IMG/VR virus record: IMGVR_UViG_3300032253_000246
Span: 1 to 35,982 of that record
Direction: 5' to 3' (one strand)
DNA length: 35,982 nt
DNA from: a virus
Lineage: Duplodnaviria > Caudoviricetes
Below are positions 24,617 to 34,788 of this stretch, one piece after another. Each line of letters opens with the position of its first letter. Within the stretch, counting starts at the first letter, position 1. The notes beneath the pieces were generated by a model. It saw nothing but the letters and a program-made list of their open reading frames with translations. It ran no database searches and had not been told where the DNA came from. Made by a program: the position numbers and the translations under genes.

Positions 24617-27600
24617 TCAATTCGGTCCGGTCGCAGATTGATCATCAGATTTTCCACTGCCTGTGGTGTTTCCGGTTTCCTTCGCGGAACCTCCCAGCTG
24701 GTCATAAATCTGACTGCCCAACCACTTTGAAACCAGTTCCTGTAAGTCGGGTTTACTCATGTAGTCGGTAAATAACTCCTCGTTGAGCTCCATACGTTCG
24801 ATGAAAAGAGATTCTAGAACTTCGCTAAAAACCAGTTGGAATTTATCGAGAGAGTTTACCTCCGCAGCCCTGCGTAAGGCCTCGTTTTGGCTTGCTGCTT
24901 CGGCGATTTGGTCGAAAAATAACTGATCCGCTTCCGTCAGTTCGCCGCCAAAACGTTCATTGATGAGATCGACCAGCCGGGATAATGGAACATCTTCTTC
25001 TCGCGCCATCCCCGTGCCGACCTCTCGTGGTCCGTCGAGTGGCGTAGCCTGACCGTCCTGCAATTTTATGGATCCTTCGCTTATCTTTTGCAGACGGTAG
25101 TAATCCAGCTCAATTTCTTCGTCGAACTGGTAACCTGGGCCGTTTGGTCGTTTGGGTAACTTCAACACCAGATGTCTTAGATAGGTAAACAGCTTCTCAA
25201 GATCACTATCCTGATATGGGATCACCTGACTCAAGAAACTGTACAGGTTGCGATAAGCCTGAGTTTTGCCACGCCACAACTCGCTTTCTTCTTCATCATT
25301 GTTTTGCATATCTGCAAAACGCGCCACAGCCTGATCAAGAATGGCATTCATGTTCTTGTGGTCCGTTGGGCTCTGACGGCGTTTGGGAGCAAAGAAAATA
25401 TGGACGAACGCATCCACCTCTGTTTCCAGATAAATTCCCGAAGCATCCAGCTCGGCCTTGATTTCATAAAGTCGGTCGGGATCGACCTCCTCACCCATCA
25501 CTGAACCTTCATAATACTGTCGGAAAGCCTCCTGAATCTCGTCAGGGTCGTTTACGAAGTCCAGAACAAAGGTGTCGTCTTTCAGCGGATGTGTCCGGTT
25601 GAGGCGTGACAAGGTCTGCACGGCTTGAATGCCCGCCAATCGCTTGTCTACATACATGGTGTGCAATAAGGGCTGATCAAAACCGGTTTGATATTTTTCC
25701 GCCACCAACAACACACGGTATTCCGGTTTGGCAAAAGTCTCAGGTAACTCTTTCTCTTTTAGCCCATCATTCATCTCGACTTCGGTATATGTTTTTTCGG
25801 GCACCTTATCGTCTTCCACGGTGCCCGAAAAAGCCACCAGGCTCTTGATGGAATAACCCTTTTCATTGATATAGCGATCAAATTCATGCTTGTAGCGCAC
25901 CGCCTCAAGTCGTGATCCGGTTACCAGCATCGCTTTGGCGTGACCGCCGATTTTGTGGCGGGTATGATGTTGAAAATGTTCGACCATGATTTCTGTTTTC
26001 TGGCCGATGTTATGTGGATGTAGCCGCATGAAGCGAGCCAATGCCCGAGCCGCTTTCTTGCGTTCAACGTTCGGATCATCCTCAGCTTTTTTAATCAGCT
26101 TGTAGTAGGTTTTATAGGTCACATAATTTTTCAGGACATCTTCGATAAACCCTTCCTCGATAGCCTGACGCATGGTGTAACGGTGAAAGGGTTCGCCATC
26201 GCGGCCAAAAATCACCAACGTCTTGTGCTTGGGGGTGGCGGTGAAGGCGAAAAAGCTCATGTTTGGTTGGCGACCTCTTTTTGCCATGGCGCGAAACAGT
26301 CGCTCCAGTTCCACTTCCCCTTCTTCTTCAGCTAGCTCCTGAGCCTTCTTGCGCAATTCAGCACCGCCCAGAACGCCTTTCAGCTCGGTGGCCGTCTCAC
26401 CTGATTGTGAGCTGTGAGCCTCGTCAATAATGACGCCGTATTTGCGAGTTGGCAGGTGGCTGCCGCCGCTGCCACGTTCCTCAGCCATCTTCATCAATTG
26501 CCCAGAAACAAACGGAAACTTTTGCAAGGTCGTAATGATGATCGGCACGCCCGATTCCAATGCTTCGGCAAGCTGACGTGAATCTTCATCAATCTTCTGC
26601 ACCACACCTTGTCTATGATCAAACTGATAGATGGTGTTTTGTAATTGACGGTCGAGCACCACCCGATCGGTGATCACGACCACGCTGTCAAATATCCGTT
26701 CATCCTGCTCGTTATGCAAAGAAGAGAGCCGATGCGCCAGCCATCCGATGGTGTTGCTCTTGCCGCTGCCCGCCGAGTGTTCAACAAGGTAGTTGTGCCC
26801 AACACCCTCGGCGCTTGCTGTCGATACCATTTGCCGCAAGGCCTGCAACTGATGATAACGAGGGAAAATCATCGTTTCCTTGCGTACCTTCTTGCCTTCA
26901 TCGGTGACCTTTTCTTCGATATTCAGATGAAGAAAGCGGGCAAGAAGATCTAGAAAGCTATCGCGCGACAGGACCTCTTCCCAAAGATAAGCGGTTTTGT
27001 AGTTGCGTCCATCTTTGTCCGGCTCGTTCCCAGCGCCACCGTGGTTTCCCTGATTGAACGGCAAAAAATAGGAACTGGTCCCGGCGAGGCGCGTGGTCAT
27101 ATGCGCTTCTTCTGTGTCCACGGCGAAATGCACCAGTGTGCGCTTGGTGAACTGAAAAATAGGCTCGCGTGGATCGCGGTCGTGACGGTATTGATGAATG
27201 GCATTGGCCGTCGTTTGGCCGGAAAGGGGGTTTTTTAGTTCCAGCGTCACAATCGGAACGCCGTTAACGGATAACACAACATCCAGTGAGTTTTTGTTTT
27301 TGGCGCTGTAATAAAGCTGGCGTGTAATGCCTAACCGATTGGCACAGTAGCGGGCCTCTAACTCGGGATTAAGACCGTGGGCCGGGCGGAAGAAAGCGAT
27401 ACGCAGGGTTTTGCCGAAGCATTTGAAACCATGGCGCAGGGTTGTTAACGTTCCATGGGTATCCAGCCATTTGCACAGTGCTTGCAGCACCCGTTCTCCG
27501 GTCTCGTCACCGTGTAATGCTTCCAACTTCTCCCATGTCTTTGTCTGTGTCTCACGGATAAAGGCTAGCGCCTCGGCGGGAAAGATAGCCCGTTCAGGGT

Positions 27601-27691
27601 CAAATCCGTCTGAAGGAAGTTTTGTATAGCCATCAGCCAGCAAAACAGCCTCAATGGCGGTTTCAAAGGCAGCTTCACTAGTCTGCTTCAT
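24617..27691 (-). CDS. hsdR: Type I restriction enzyme R subunit
   Basis: D...NGVPIVTLELK nuclease motif, HSAGSGKS, DEAH, FTATPK, TGFDQP and QTLSRLNR. Start MKQTSE at 27691 overlaps the HNH stop. Confidence 0.95.
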   Translation of the reverse strand: MKQTSEAAFETAIEAVLLADGYTKLPSDGFDPERAIFPAEALAFIRETQTKTWEKLEALHGDETGERVLQALCKWLDTHGTLTTLRHGFKCFGKTLRIAFFRPAHGLNPELEARYCANRLGITRQLYYSAKNKNSLDVVLSVNGVPIVTLELKNPLSGQTTANAIHQYRHDRDPREPIFQFTKRTLVHFAVDTEEAHMTTRLAGTSSYFLPFNQGNHGGAGNEPDKDGRNYKTAYLWEEVLSRDSFLDLLARFLHLNIEEKVTDEGKKVRKETMIFPRYHQLQALRQMVSTASAEGVGHNYLVEHSAGSGKSNTIGWLAHRLSSLHNEQDERIFDSVVVITDRVVLDRQLQNTIYQFDHRQGVVQKIDEDSRQLAEALESGVPIIITTLQKFPFVSGQLMKMAEERGSGGSHLPTRKYGVIIDEAHSSQSGETATELKGVLGGAELRKKAQELAEEEGEVELERLFRAMAKRGRQPNMSFFAFTATPKHKTLVIFGRDGEPFHRYTMRQAIEEGFIEDVLKNYVTYKTYYKLIKKAEDDPNVERKKAARALARFMRLHPHNIGQKTEIMVEHFQHHTRHKIGGHAKAMLVTGSRLEAVRYKHEFDRYINEKGYSIKSLVAFSGTVEDDKVPEKTYTEVEMNDGLKEKELPETFAKPEYRVLLVAEKYQTGFDQPLLHTMYVDKRLAGIQAVQTLSRLNRTHPLKDDTFVLDFVNDPDEIQEAFRQYYEGSVMGEEVDPDRLYEIKAELDASGIYLETEVDAFVHIFFAPKRRQSPTDHKNMNAILDQAVARFADMQNNDEEESELWRGKTQAYRNLYSFLSQVIPYQDSDLEKLFTYLRHLVLKLPKRPNGPGYQFDEEIELDYYRLQKISEGSIKLQDGQATPLDGPREVGTGMAREEDVPLSRLVDLINERFGGELTEADQLFFDQIAEAASQNEALRRAAEVNSLDKFQLVFSEVLESLFIERMELNEELFTDYMSKPDLQELVSKWLGSQIYDQLGGSAKETGNTTGSGKSDDQSATGPN

Positions 27692-28314
27692 GGACAGGCC
27701 CTCCCAATTTTCTTGTTCAACCAAAAGACCATGACTTGGGCGTATTCGGGTAGGTCACCTGGTTGGGTTCCGTCCCATTTTTGGATTTCACGCGCCGCAT
27801 TTATTGGACCCCGGTCAATCTGTTGCTTAAAGGCGTCGAGCACAGCCTTGCGATTGCTGACGAGGCGGCTCCAGTTCAGGTTCAACACATCGTCCAAAGC
27901 AGATTTGATGTCTTCGTCGTTGGAAGTGATTCTCCCATCACCAAGAAAGCGGATCTGCGGCTCAATGGGGTGCGCTGGGTCGGCGGGACAAAAACATAGG
28001 TCAGCGTTGCCTTTGCGGGTATCGCAGTATTGTTCTTCTTTTGAGTTTCCGTGTCCGCCACGACATGCACCCAATAAATTCCGGTAGTCCAATTGGCGGC
28101 CCGGGTAATTGGCTTGACACTGCCAATGCTCGATTTTCATCTTTTGGGGATCTGGCTTTATTCGCGATTGGCAATAGCAACACAGGCCGCGTTGCTCAGT
28201 AACCAGACTTTGCCGTAAAGCATCTTTATCCGCGTAATTATCATAGTCGGCACGCGCTTGTTGGCGATGGGCGGTTAGGGAGCGGGGTTCGCCGTTTTTC
28301 TGGATGGTTCGCAT
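27688..28314 (-). CDS. HNH endonuclease (PtuB/TIGR02646-like)
   Basis: EQRGLCCYC, IEHW, NLLGAC, CDTRKG and LNLN motifs. Confidence 0.85.
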   Translation of the reverse strand: MRTIQKNGEPRSLTAHRQQARADYDNYADKDALRQSLVTEQRGLCCYCQSRIKPDPQKMKIEHWQCQANYPGRQLDYRNLLGACRGGHGNSKEEQYCDTRKGNADLCFCPADPAHPIEPQIRFLGDGRITSNDEDIKSALDDVLNLNWSRLVSNRKAVLDAFKQQIDRGPINAAREIQKWDGTQPGDLPEYAQVMVFWLNKKIGRACP

Positions 28315-29627
28315 TACTCCGAGCCCTCCAAAAAGGTAATAAGAGAATTGGCGCGGGTTAGTTCGGGTTCGCTATCTCCCAATTGTTTTTCCAACGACGT
28401 AATTTTTTCGCGCGCTTTCTTGAAATCTTCCTGATCGATCAACTCGAACAAGGCTCGTAACTCCGCCTCAATGGCTTTGTTGCGCACCGGCGCTCCCATC
28501 AGTTCTTGCAAGATGCGATTGGCATCCATGCCATAGGCCTCGGCGGGAATGGTCGAAATCACCTTGCAATTATCAAACTCCAGGAAGCGCACACAGCGCG
28601 CCTCCACCTCACCCAGCACCAACGGAGAATGAGTAGTGACCACAAACTGGCAATTCTCGAATATTTTCTGCAAGCGGCCCAACACATCCCGTTGCCATTT
28701 CGGGTGCAGGTGTAATTCGATTTCATCGATAAGGACCAGCGCTACGCCCTCGGCAATGGGGTTGTCGCTGTCAGGGTTGGCGATGGCCAGGCGACGGGTC
28801 AGGTCGAAAACGAGCGCCAGCAGCCCGCGTTCACCGTCTGAGAGTTGGTGCAGGAAAAAGGGCAACCCGCGTTTGTCGACGACAAAGCCAAGACGCGGGC
28901 TTTCCTGAATGCGCAAATTGCTGAAATCCGGCACCAGATCCGTGACCACCGCGCGCAAAGCGTCGAGAACCTTGAGGCGACGCGGTTCTTTGGTTGCCCC
29001 GAGTTTTTCTTGTGTCCGGAACCAGTGCATGAACTCGCGCAATTCGACTTCGCGATCATGCAAGGCGCGGCCATAAGCGATAGAGGGGTCAAAGGGCTTG
29101 ACCTCTGGCAGGGTGCGAGGCTGTCCCGGCAATTGCCTTTTGGGGGTGAAGTAAACGGCAAGCGGCGGGTTGGCCGCGTTCTTCAACTTGGCCAGTGCAG
29201 TTCGCGTTTCCCCCATTCCTGCTTCCAAATCGCCGGTTAGCGTACGCGTGCGGAGTGATTCAACGAAGTCGGTGGCCTCCGCTGACACCTCTGCCTGGCG
29301 CAGCAGCACAAATCGATCACCCTTTTCGTCAGTGTCGCGCAGACGCTGTATTCCGGCATTTATAATCTGGCCGTCGACCTCCAGCCGTGCCGATACTTCC
29401 AATGAGCTTTTGTCGCCGTGGATTTCATCATTGGTGAAATAGTTGGGGGCCGATCGTGAGGGCGTAAATTCCGGCATGGCCCGTGAAAGTAAAACGGCTA
29501 AAACTTTCAGCAGGGTGGATTTGCCGACGCCATTTACCCCGGCAATCAGGGTAACATCGCGTTCAAAGTCGATGTCGATCTGTTCGAAACCACCGCAATG
29601 GACAAGGCTGAGACGCTCCAGTTTCAT
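28314..29627 (-). CDS. ABC/AAA-type ATPase (PtuA-like)
   Basis: Walker A GVNGVGKS, signature LSDGER, Walker B LIDEIELHLHPKWQ, H-loop TTHSP. Confidence 0.9.
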   Translation of the reverse strand: MKLERLSLVHCGGFEQIDIDFERDVTLIAGVNGVGKSTLLKVLAVLLSRAMPEFTPSRSAPNYFTNDEIHGDKSSLEVSARLEVDGQIINAGIQRLRDTDEKGDRFVLLRQAEVSAEATDFVESLRTRTLTGDLEAGMGETRTALAKLKNAANPPLAVYFTPKRQLPGQPRTLPEVKPFDPSIAYGRALHDREVELREFMHWFRTQEKLGATKEPRRLKVLDALRAVVTDLVPDFSNLRIQESPRLGFVVDKRGLPFFLHQLSDGERGLLALVFDLTRRLAIANPDSDNPIAEGVALVLIDEIELHLHPKWQRDVLGRLQKIFENCQFVVTTHSPLVLGEVEARCVRFLEFDNCKVISTIPAEAYGMDANRILQELMGAPVRNKAIEAELRALFELIDQEDFKKAREKITSLEKQLGDSEPELTRANSLITFLEGSE

Positions 29628-30847
29628 ACAGCCATCTCCTCAACGGGGATTTGGCCGGTCACGGCGGCGGTGATCAGCGCGGAGCGGCGTTCCTTAGCCA
29701 GTGCAATAGACTGCTGCAAGGCCATTGTTAGTTCTTTTGCCTTGTTTTGATTTTTGGCGACAAATTCAATTATTTCACGTTGCTCGCTTTCCGGAGGAAC
29801 AGCTAAGCGTATTTCAAAGAAGTTCTCTGGATAGAGTCGTAGTCGAGACGACCAAACGCCTTTTGACCAGCGATTTACCTCGGCGACAAATGGCTTGGAG
29901 CGGCAAAGTAGCTCGATAAACTCAGGCAAGAGTTGCCAGTTCGATGTGTAAACGTGATAGTCCGGGCTCACGATACCTTCGAGCGGAGAGATGCCCATTG
30001 CGCCCATCCATCCCCATAACGTATTGATAACGAGATCGTCTGGATAACAAAGCTTATATCCAGCCTTATCGTCAGCCAGAAACATATTCACGTCCTTTTC
30101 TGACCGTGCCGTTACACCTGTAATATGAGAGACAGAGAGAAGCTCTTCTTCTCCAGTCTTTGAACGTTGATCTCGGACAGTGAACAATACTTTTGCACGC
30201 TCTAGATCCCAATGTTCAGGAATGTCCCCTAACCAATCGAGGCCTGAGGGTTTGAGGGGGATGTCAGGGTTTATGCCCTTGGTGACAGCTTGACTAATCA
30301 GTGCGGTCCGCTTTTCTTCTAACAGGGCCAGCATGCGTTCCTTTTCCGCCACCAGTGCATCAATCCGCGCGGTTTCACGGTCAAGATAGTCGGCAATGAC
30401 GCGTTGAAAGGCGTAGTCGGGAATGGACAGGTATAAATTTCCTAAATCCTCCGCTGAAACTGCATCGTAGGTTGATCCTGTTGCGACCTCATTGAGTTTT
30501 GCTCGATGGTAGTGCATCGTCCACCATCCGAATTGAGGATCAACATTGGTCCATGACACAGCACAAAGTCCGCGTCCTATCCCATAAACTTGATCAGCCC
30601 TATTTAATGCTCCGACTGGGGCACGCACAGAAACCAGTAGATCTCCGGGAGCAGCTATTTTCGGGGGGGAGTTACAGGTATGTTTATATTGAGGTGAGGT
30701 AGCTCCAAACTCTGCGTTTCCTTGCAAAAAGGGAAGGCCGACATTTTCATCAAACCTCGTCACCTCTTCCGATGAAGGTGACTGTCCCATATTTAATGCC
30801 GAAACGTACTTGAGACGTTTGCGTTCAATGGAAATGGCAGTATTCAC
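29624..30847 (-). CDS. hsdS: Type I R-M specificity subunit
   Basis: Two variable TRDs with conserved helices (IADYLDRETARIDAL...LISQAVTKG; ERRSALITAAVTG) and WLGDIPEHW. Confidence 0.93.
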   Translation of the reverse strand: MNTAISIERKRLKYVSALNMGQSPSSEEVTRFDENVGLPFLQGNAEFGATSPQYKHTCNSPPKIAAPGDLLVSVRAPVGALNRADQVYGIGRGLCAVSWTNVDPQFGWWTMHYHRAKLNEVATGSTYDAVSAEDLGNLYLSIPDYAFQRVIADYLDRETARIDALVAEKERMLALLEEKRTALISQAVTKGINPDIPLKPSGLDWLGDIPEHWDLERAKVLFTVRDQRSKTGEEELLSVSHITGVTARSEKDVNMFLADDKAGYKLCYPDDLVINTLWGWMGAMGISPLEGIVSPDYHVYTSNWQLLPEFIELLCRSKPFVAEVNRWSKGVWSSRLRLYPENFFEIRLAVPPESEQREIIEFVAKNQNKAKELTMALQQSIALAKERRSALITAAVTGQIPVEEMAV

Positions 30848-32976
30848 TCCGTCACCTCCTGCAGCAAAGTCATGATGTGCTGCTCTACGGCCTCCAGTTC
30901 ATCGTCAATATCCGCCAGTGCGCGCGGTGGCTGGTATTTGAAGAATTCGCGGTTGAAGTTAATTTCGTAGCCGACCTTGCCAATGCCACCGTCCTGCTCA
31001 TCCAGGCTGGTTCGGTCGATCCAAGCATCCGCTACATACGGGCGCACTTCGCGTAGGACGTAGCTGACGATGTCTTCCTTGAGGGGAATGTTTTCGACAT
31101 CCTTCAGCGCTGGGTCGGCTTCGTACTGGATGTGTTTGTTTTTACCGTCGGTGTATAGGCCCAAGGTGGCGTAGAGGTTTTCTACCGTTTGTTCCGGCAG
31201 GGTCTGGTTGGGAAATAAGGTCGAGCTGATCGGATTGTCGCCTGCTTTGCTGCGTTTGGCGACCACCGGCTTGGCTTCCGGATCGGCCTCGGTAAAGACG
31301 TCCCGGAACAACTTCTTCTGCGCCGTGCCCTTCGCGCCCTTGGTCCAGCCCTCAACGTCATCTGGCAAGGCCTTGACGATCTTCTGGACTTCATCCCAGA
31401 CGACGTTCCAGTCGTCATAGGGCTCGCCACCCAGCTGTTCTTCCACCGCAAGAACGGCGTCAAGGAGTTCGGGGCAGGTGTCGAGGTAACGTTCCTTGGC
31501 ATCCTCAGTAATTTGGAAGCGCAGGCGCAAGGGGCGCTGGATGGTTACGCGGCGGTAGCCAAAGTAGGTGTTGTCAAAAACCTTGCTGACTTTGGACTCT
31601 TCCAGTTCACCATGTTCCTGGGTGATCTCGTTGATCGCAGCCTCGTCTATATAACGCCGCTTGTTGCCCAGGCTGCGTTTCATGGGCGTGAAGCGTTTGC
31701 GGGCGTCGATCAACTGAATTTTACCTTTTCGGTGCTGTTCCTTGCGGTTACTGAGCACCCAAATGAAGGTTCCGATACCGGTGTTGTAAAACATCTGTTC
31801 GGGCAGTGCTACGATGGCTTCCAGCCAATCATGTTCGATGATCCAGCGGCGGATTTCGCTCTCACCGCTGCCCGCGCCGCCGGTGAAGAGGGGGGAGCCG
31901 TTGAAGACGATAGCTATGCGCGAGCCGGGTTTGTCGCGGTTGCCGCTCTTCCAAGGTTGATACTTGGCGATCATATGAACCAGGAACAAAAGTGCACCGT
32001 CGTTGATTCGTGGCAATTTGCCGTTGTAGCCGCGAAAATTGGGCAAGCGTTCGATTTCCTTCTTTTCCCCTTTCCAGTCCACACCAAAGGGCGGATTGGC
32101 TAACAGGTAATCGAAGTGCATATCGGGAAACTGGTCATTGGTAAGGGTATTGCCGTATTCAATGCGGCTGTCCCTGTGCCCCTTGATCAGCAAGTCGGAG
32201 GCCGCAACGGCATAAGAACGGGGATTGTAGTCCTGGCCGAACACCTTGACCGTGGCGTGTTCATTATGGGCACGGATCCAGTTCTGGCTTTCCGCTAGCA
32301 TGCCGCCGGTACCACAAGCCGGGTCGCAGATGGTGACTATGACGCCTTCTTGCGTGAGCACCGTGGTGTCCGGTTCCAACAGCAGGTTGACCATAAGGCG
32401 GATGACTTCGCGCGGGGTAAAGTGATCGCCAGCTGTCTCGTTCGCCGCTTCGTTGAAACGCCGGATCAGATCCTCGAACACTAGCCCCATGGTGATGTTG
32501 TCCACATGCCGGGGGTGTAGGTCGATTTCGGTGAACTGGGAGACGACTTGATAAAGGCGGTTGGCTTCTTCCAGCTTTTCGATTTCTTTCTCGAATTCGA
32601 AACGCTCCAGGATTTTACGGACGTTCTCAGAAAAGCCGTTGATGTAATCGACTAAGTGACGGCCAATGTTGTCTGGATCGCCCTTGAGCTTGCGAAAATC
32701 AAGTTGGCTATGATTATGGAAACCGAGCGGATTGCCGTCGTCGTCCTTGGCCAATTCATTAAGTACCCGGTCAACCAACTGTGGGTCTTTGTCCCTCAGT
32801 GTGTTGTACCGTTTCAGAACCGTATCTTTGGTCAGCGCCAGCACAGCATCAAAGCGACGCAACACTGTCAACGGCAGCATCACCCTTTCATATTGCGGTG
32901 GCCGATAGGGACCACGCAGCAAATCAGCAACGGACCAGATGAAATTCGCAAGTTGCTGAAAGTTGGCGGGCGTCAT
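30844..32976 (-). CDS. hsdM: Type I R-M N6-adenine methyltransferase
   Basis: FIWSVADLLRG, GDHFTPREV, motif I DPACGTGG, motif IV NPPF, MFYNTGI. Confidence 0.95.
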   Translation of the reverse strand: MTPANFQQLANFIWSVADLLRGPYRPPQYERVMLPLTVLRRFDAVLALTKDTVLKRYNTLRDKDPQLVDRVLNELAKDDDGNPLGFHNHSQLDFRKLKGDPDNIGRHLVDYINGFSENVRKILERFEFEKEIEKLEEANRLYQVVSQFTEIDLHPRHVDNITMGLVFEDLIRRFNEAANETAGDHFTPREVIRLMVNLLLEPDTTVLTQEGVIVTICDPACGTGGMLAESQNWIRAHNEHATVKVFGQDYNPRSYAVAASDLLIKGHRDSRIEYGNTLTNDQFPDMHFDYLLANPPFGVDWKGEKKEIERLPNFRGYNGKLPRINDGALLFLVHMIAKYQPWKSGNRDKPGSRIAIVFNGSPLFTGGAGSGESEIRRWIIEHDWLEAIVALPEQMFYNTGIGTFIWVLSNRKEQHRKGKIQLIDARKRFTPMKRSLGNKRRYIDEAAINEITQEHGELEESKVSKVFDNTYFGYRRVTIQRPLRLRFQITEDAKERYLDTCPELLDAVLAVEEQLGGEPYDDWNVVWDEVQKIVKALPDDVEGWTKGAKGTAQKKLFRDVFTEADPEAKPVVAKRSKAGDNPISSTLFPNQTLPEQTVENLYATLGLYTDGKNKHIQYEADPALKDVENIPLKEDIVSYVLREVRPYVADAWIDRTSLDEQDGGIGKVGYEINFNREFFKYQPPRALADIDDELEAVEQHIMTLLQEVTE

Positions 32977-33170
32977 GATTTTTTTTCCTTACCGTCGTTT
33001 TGCTTCGACTGATTTTTAGTGAATTTTTCGATTTCATCCATGCGGAAGCGCCAAGCACCGCCCACTTTGAAACCAGGAATCTTGCCTTCAGCCGCAAGGC
33101 GATAAGCCGTCTTCTCATTAATTTTGAGGTACTCAGCTACTTCGCGAACCGTCAGGATGTCATTAGCCAT
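32973..33170 (-). CDS. Excisionase-family HTH regulator (similar to MAD1-type defence-operon leaders)
   Basis: ILTVREVAEYLKINEKTAYRLAAEGKIPGFKVGGAWRF; GGGAGA RBS; ATGA overlap with hsdM. Confidence 0.85.
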   Translation of the reverse strand: MANDILTVREVAEYLKINEKTAYRLAAEGKIPGFKVGGAWRFRMDEIEKFTKNQSKQNDGKEKKS

Positions 33171-33361
33171 TGGCGTAAAATCTCCCTTTTCTACGCGAAT
33201 ATGAGAAATTAATAGAATTTTGTGGAAATAACAAGGATTTTTGGATTGCTCATGATATATAGAGGTTCAACCTATACGAATAGAGAGCGCAGCAATCATG
33301 CCATCCGTCTTTGCATGGGTTTCAAACGGATTGATTTTTCTTTCGTTACCGATTGAATTAA

Positions 33362-34351
33362 GTGGATTGGATGAAGGGGCAAGTCTTGAAAATCGGCGAT
33401 ATGATGAAGCCCGATGGACGGGTCTTCTTGAAAAGTGAATGGGGATTAATCGGTGACGATTGGCCGTGCGTTTCCTTTACTAAAAAATCAGTAGGTGACC
33501 GCTTACGGGTGGAATTTCATCCGGGCCGTGACGTCCTTGTTTATGTTGGAACGTCCAATGCCGAAATGACGCAAAACCCAGCCCATCGAGGTCGGCTTTT
33601 ATCAGCGGTCGTGATCCAGCCAAAGCAGGTTCTTGAGACACGAAAAATTATTCCGCCAAATGTTTGGCAAAAAACTATGAATCGTTGGGGAAAAAATCGC
33701 TGGCCATATGCAATGGCGGTGACTCGGGCTACGAATATCGTCAAAAATCCACTGCCCCATGCTCATGATGTTATTCCCATAGCATATCGTTCGTTCAGCG
33801 AACTCGCGAACCGAGGGAATGTGGCTGAAGCTCTGGATTCAGAGCGTGCGGCTGTAATGGAGATTGGAGTTGAGGAAATTGAACTTCATTTGAGTGAGGA
33901 TGTGCAACGCCACCTGAAAATGATGGAAGCGATCTCTCCGGATATTGAAAAGACGATCAGGCAAGAAGTGTCGAGAATGGCGATGGGTATTCAGGCCAGA
34001 GTTTCATCTGGCGGCGAAGCATCGGTGAAAATTAATCCGCAACGAAATGCGCCCAACATTAGTGATTTGGTTTTGCTGCTAACTGAAAAATGGAAGCAGC
34101 AAAGTGGCCAATGCGGTTTATGTGGTGGCAATCTTGCGTTGAAGGGGGGCAACCCAATGCTTCAGCCATCTCCTGACCGAATTGACAGTGACAATGGTGC
34201 TTACGATGAGGGCAACGTTCACATCACTCACCTTGCATGTAATTTGGCGAAAAACCAATACGGCAGTCCTCAATTTATTCAATGGCTAGAGGTCGTCAGG
34301 GGTGATGATGTCCCTGACGATGAAACGCCATTAACCAACCCCAAGGAGTAA
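33362..34351 (+). CDS. Hypothetical protein with C-terminal HNH-like nuclease domain
   Basis: QCGLCG...PSPDRIDS...YDEGNVHITHLACNLAKN. The start could instead be the ATG at 33371. Confidence 0.75.
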   Translation: MDWMKGQVLKIGDMMKPDGRVFLKSEWGLIGDDWPCVSFTKKSVGDRLRVEFHPGRDVLVYVGTSNAEMTQNPAHRGRLLSAVVIQPKQVLETRKIIPPNVWQKTMNRWGKNRWPYAMAVTRATNIVKNPLPHAHDVIPIAYRSFSELANRGNVAEALDSERAAVMEIGVEEIELHLSEDVQRHLKMMEAISPDIEKTIRQEVSRMAMGIQARVSSGGEASVKINPQRNAPNISDLVLLLTEKWKQQSGQCGLCGGNLALKGGNPMLQPSPDRIDSDNGAYDEGNVHITHLACNLAKNQYGSPQFIQWLEVVRGDDVPDDETPLTNPKE

Positions 34352-34374
34352 AGTTCTAATGCCTGATTTATCCT

Positions 34375-34719
34375 ATGAAGAAAAATGACGAGAAGCGGAT
34401 AGCTGCCAGACTAGCCAAGATCATGACCATGATGTGCGTCCGCAATACGAAACTGGAGGACATCCACGCTGGGATGGTGCCCATCAGCAAGACAGGGGAT
34501 TTTTCAGACGTTATGGTCGTTGACGCCGAAGGGCGGAAAATTCCGTGGCCGGAAGTCTCGCATTTTGATGATGGCGCGATGCGTGATTTGATGCGGCAGA
34601 TTGTTAATCGGCTTTATACATTTCAGTTGAAAACGGATGACCCCCAATTCCAGAAGCTGATTGACCGCTGGGCTTCAGTCGCCGACAAATGGGACGATCC
34701 GGAAATGGATGAATTTTAA
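34375..34719 (+). CDS. Hypothetical protein
   Basis: 114 aa ORF on the same strand, 23 nt after the HNH gene; protein-like composition; no motif recognised. Confidence 0.65.
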   Translation: MKKNDEKRIAARLAKIMTMMCVRNTKLEDIHAGMVPISKTGDFSDVMVVDAEGRKIPWPEVSHFDDGAMRDLMRQIVNRLYTFQLKTDDPQFQKLIDRWASVADKWDDPEMDEF

Positions 34720-34788
34720 TTACAAACAATCGAACGTTATCAGGAAATTGAGAACGCAGAAGAGTAGGCCCCAATCAGTCACCATTCG

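Noticed and set aside
27688-29627. Retron system
   Set aside because: The effector pair resembles retron-associated PtuAB, but there is no reverse transcriptase and no intergenic space for msr-msd.
24617-33170. Complete MADS defence system
   Set aside because: Only the leading HTH resembles MAD1. The rest is a canonical hsdM/S/R set without the kinase and other MADS genes.
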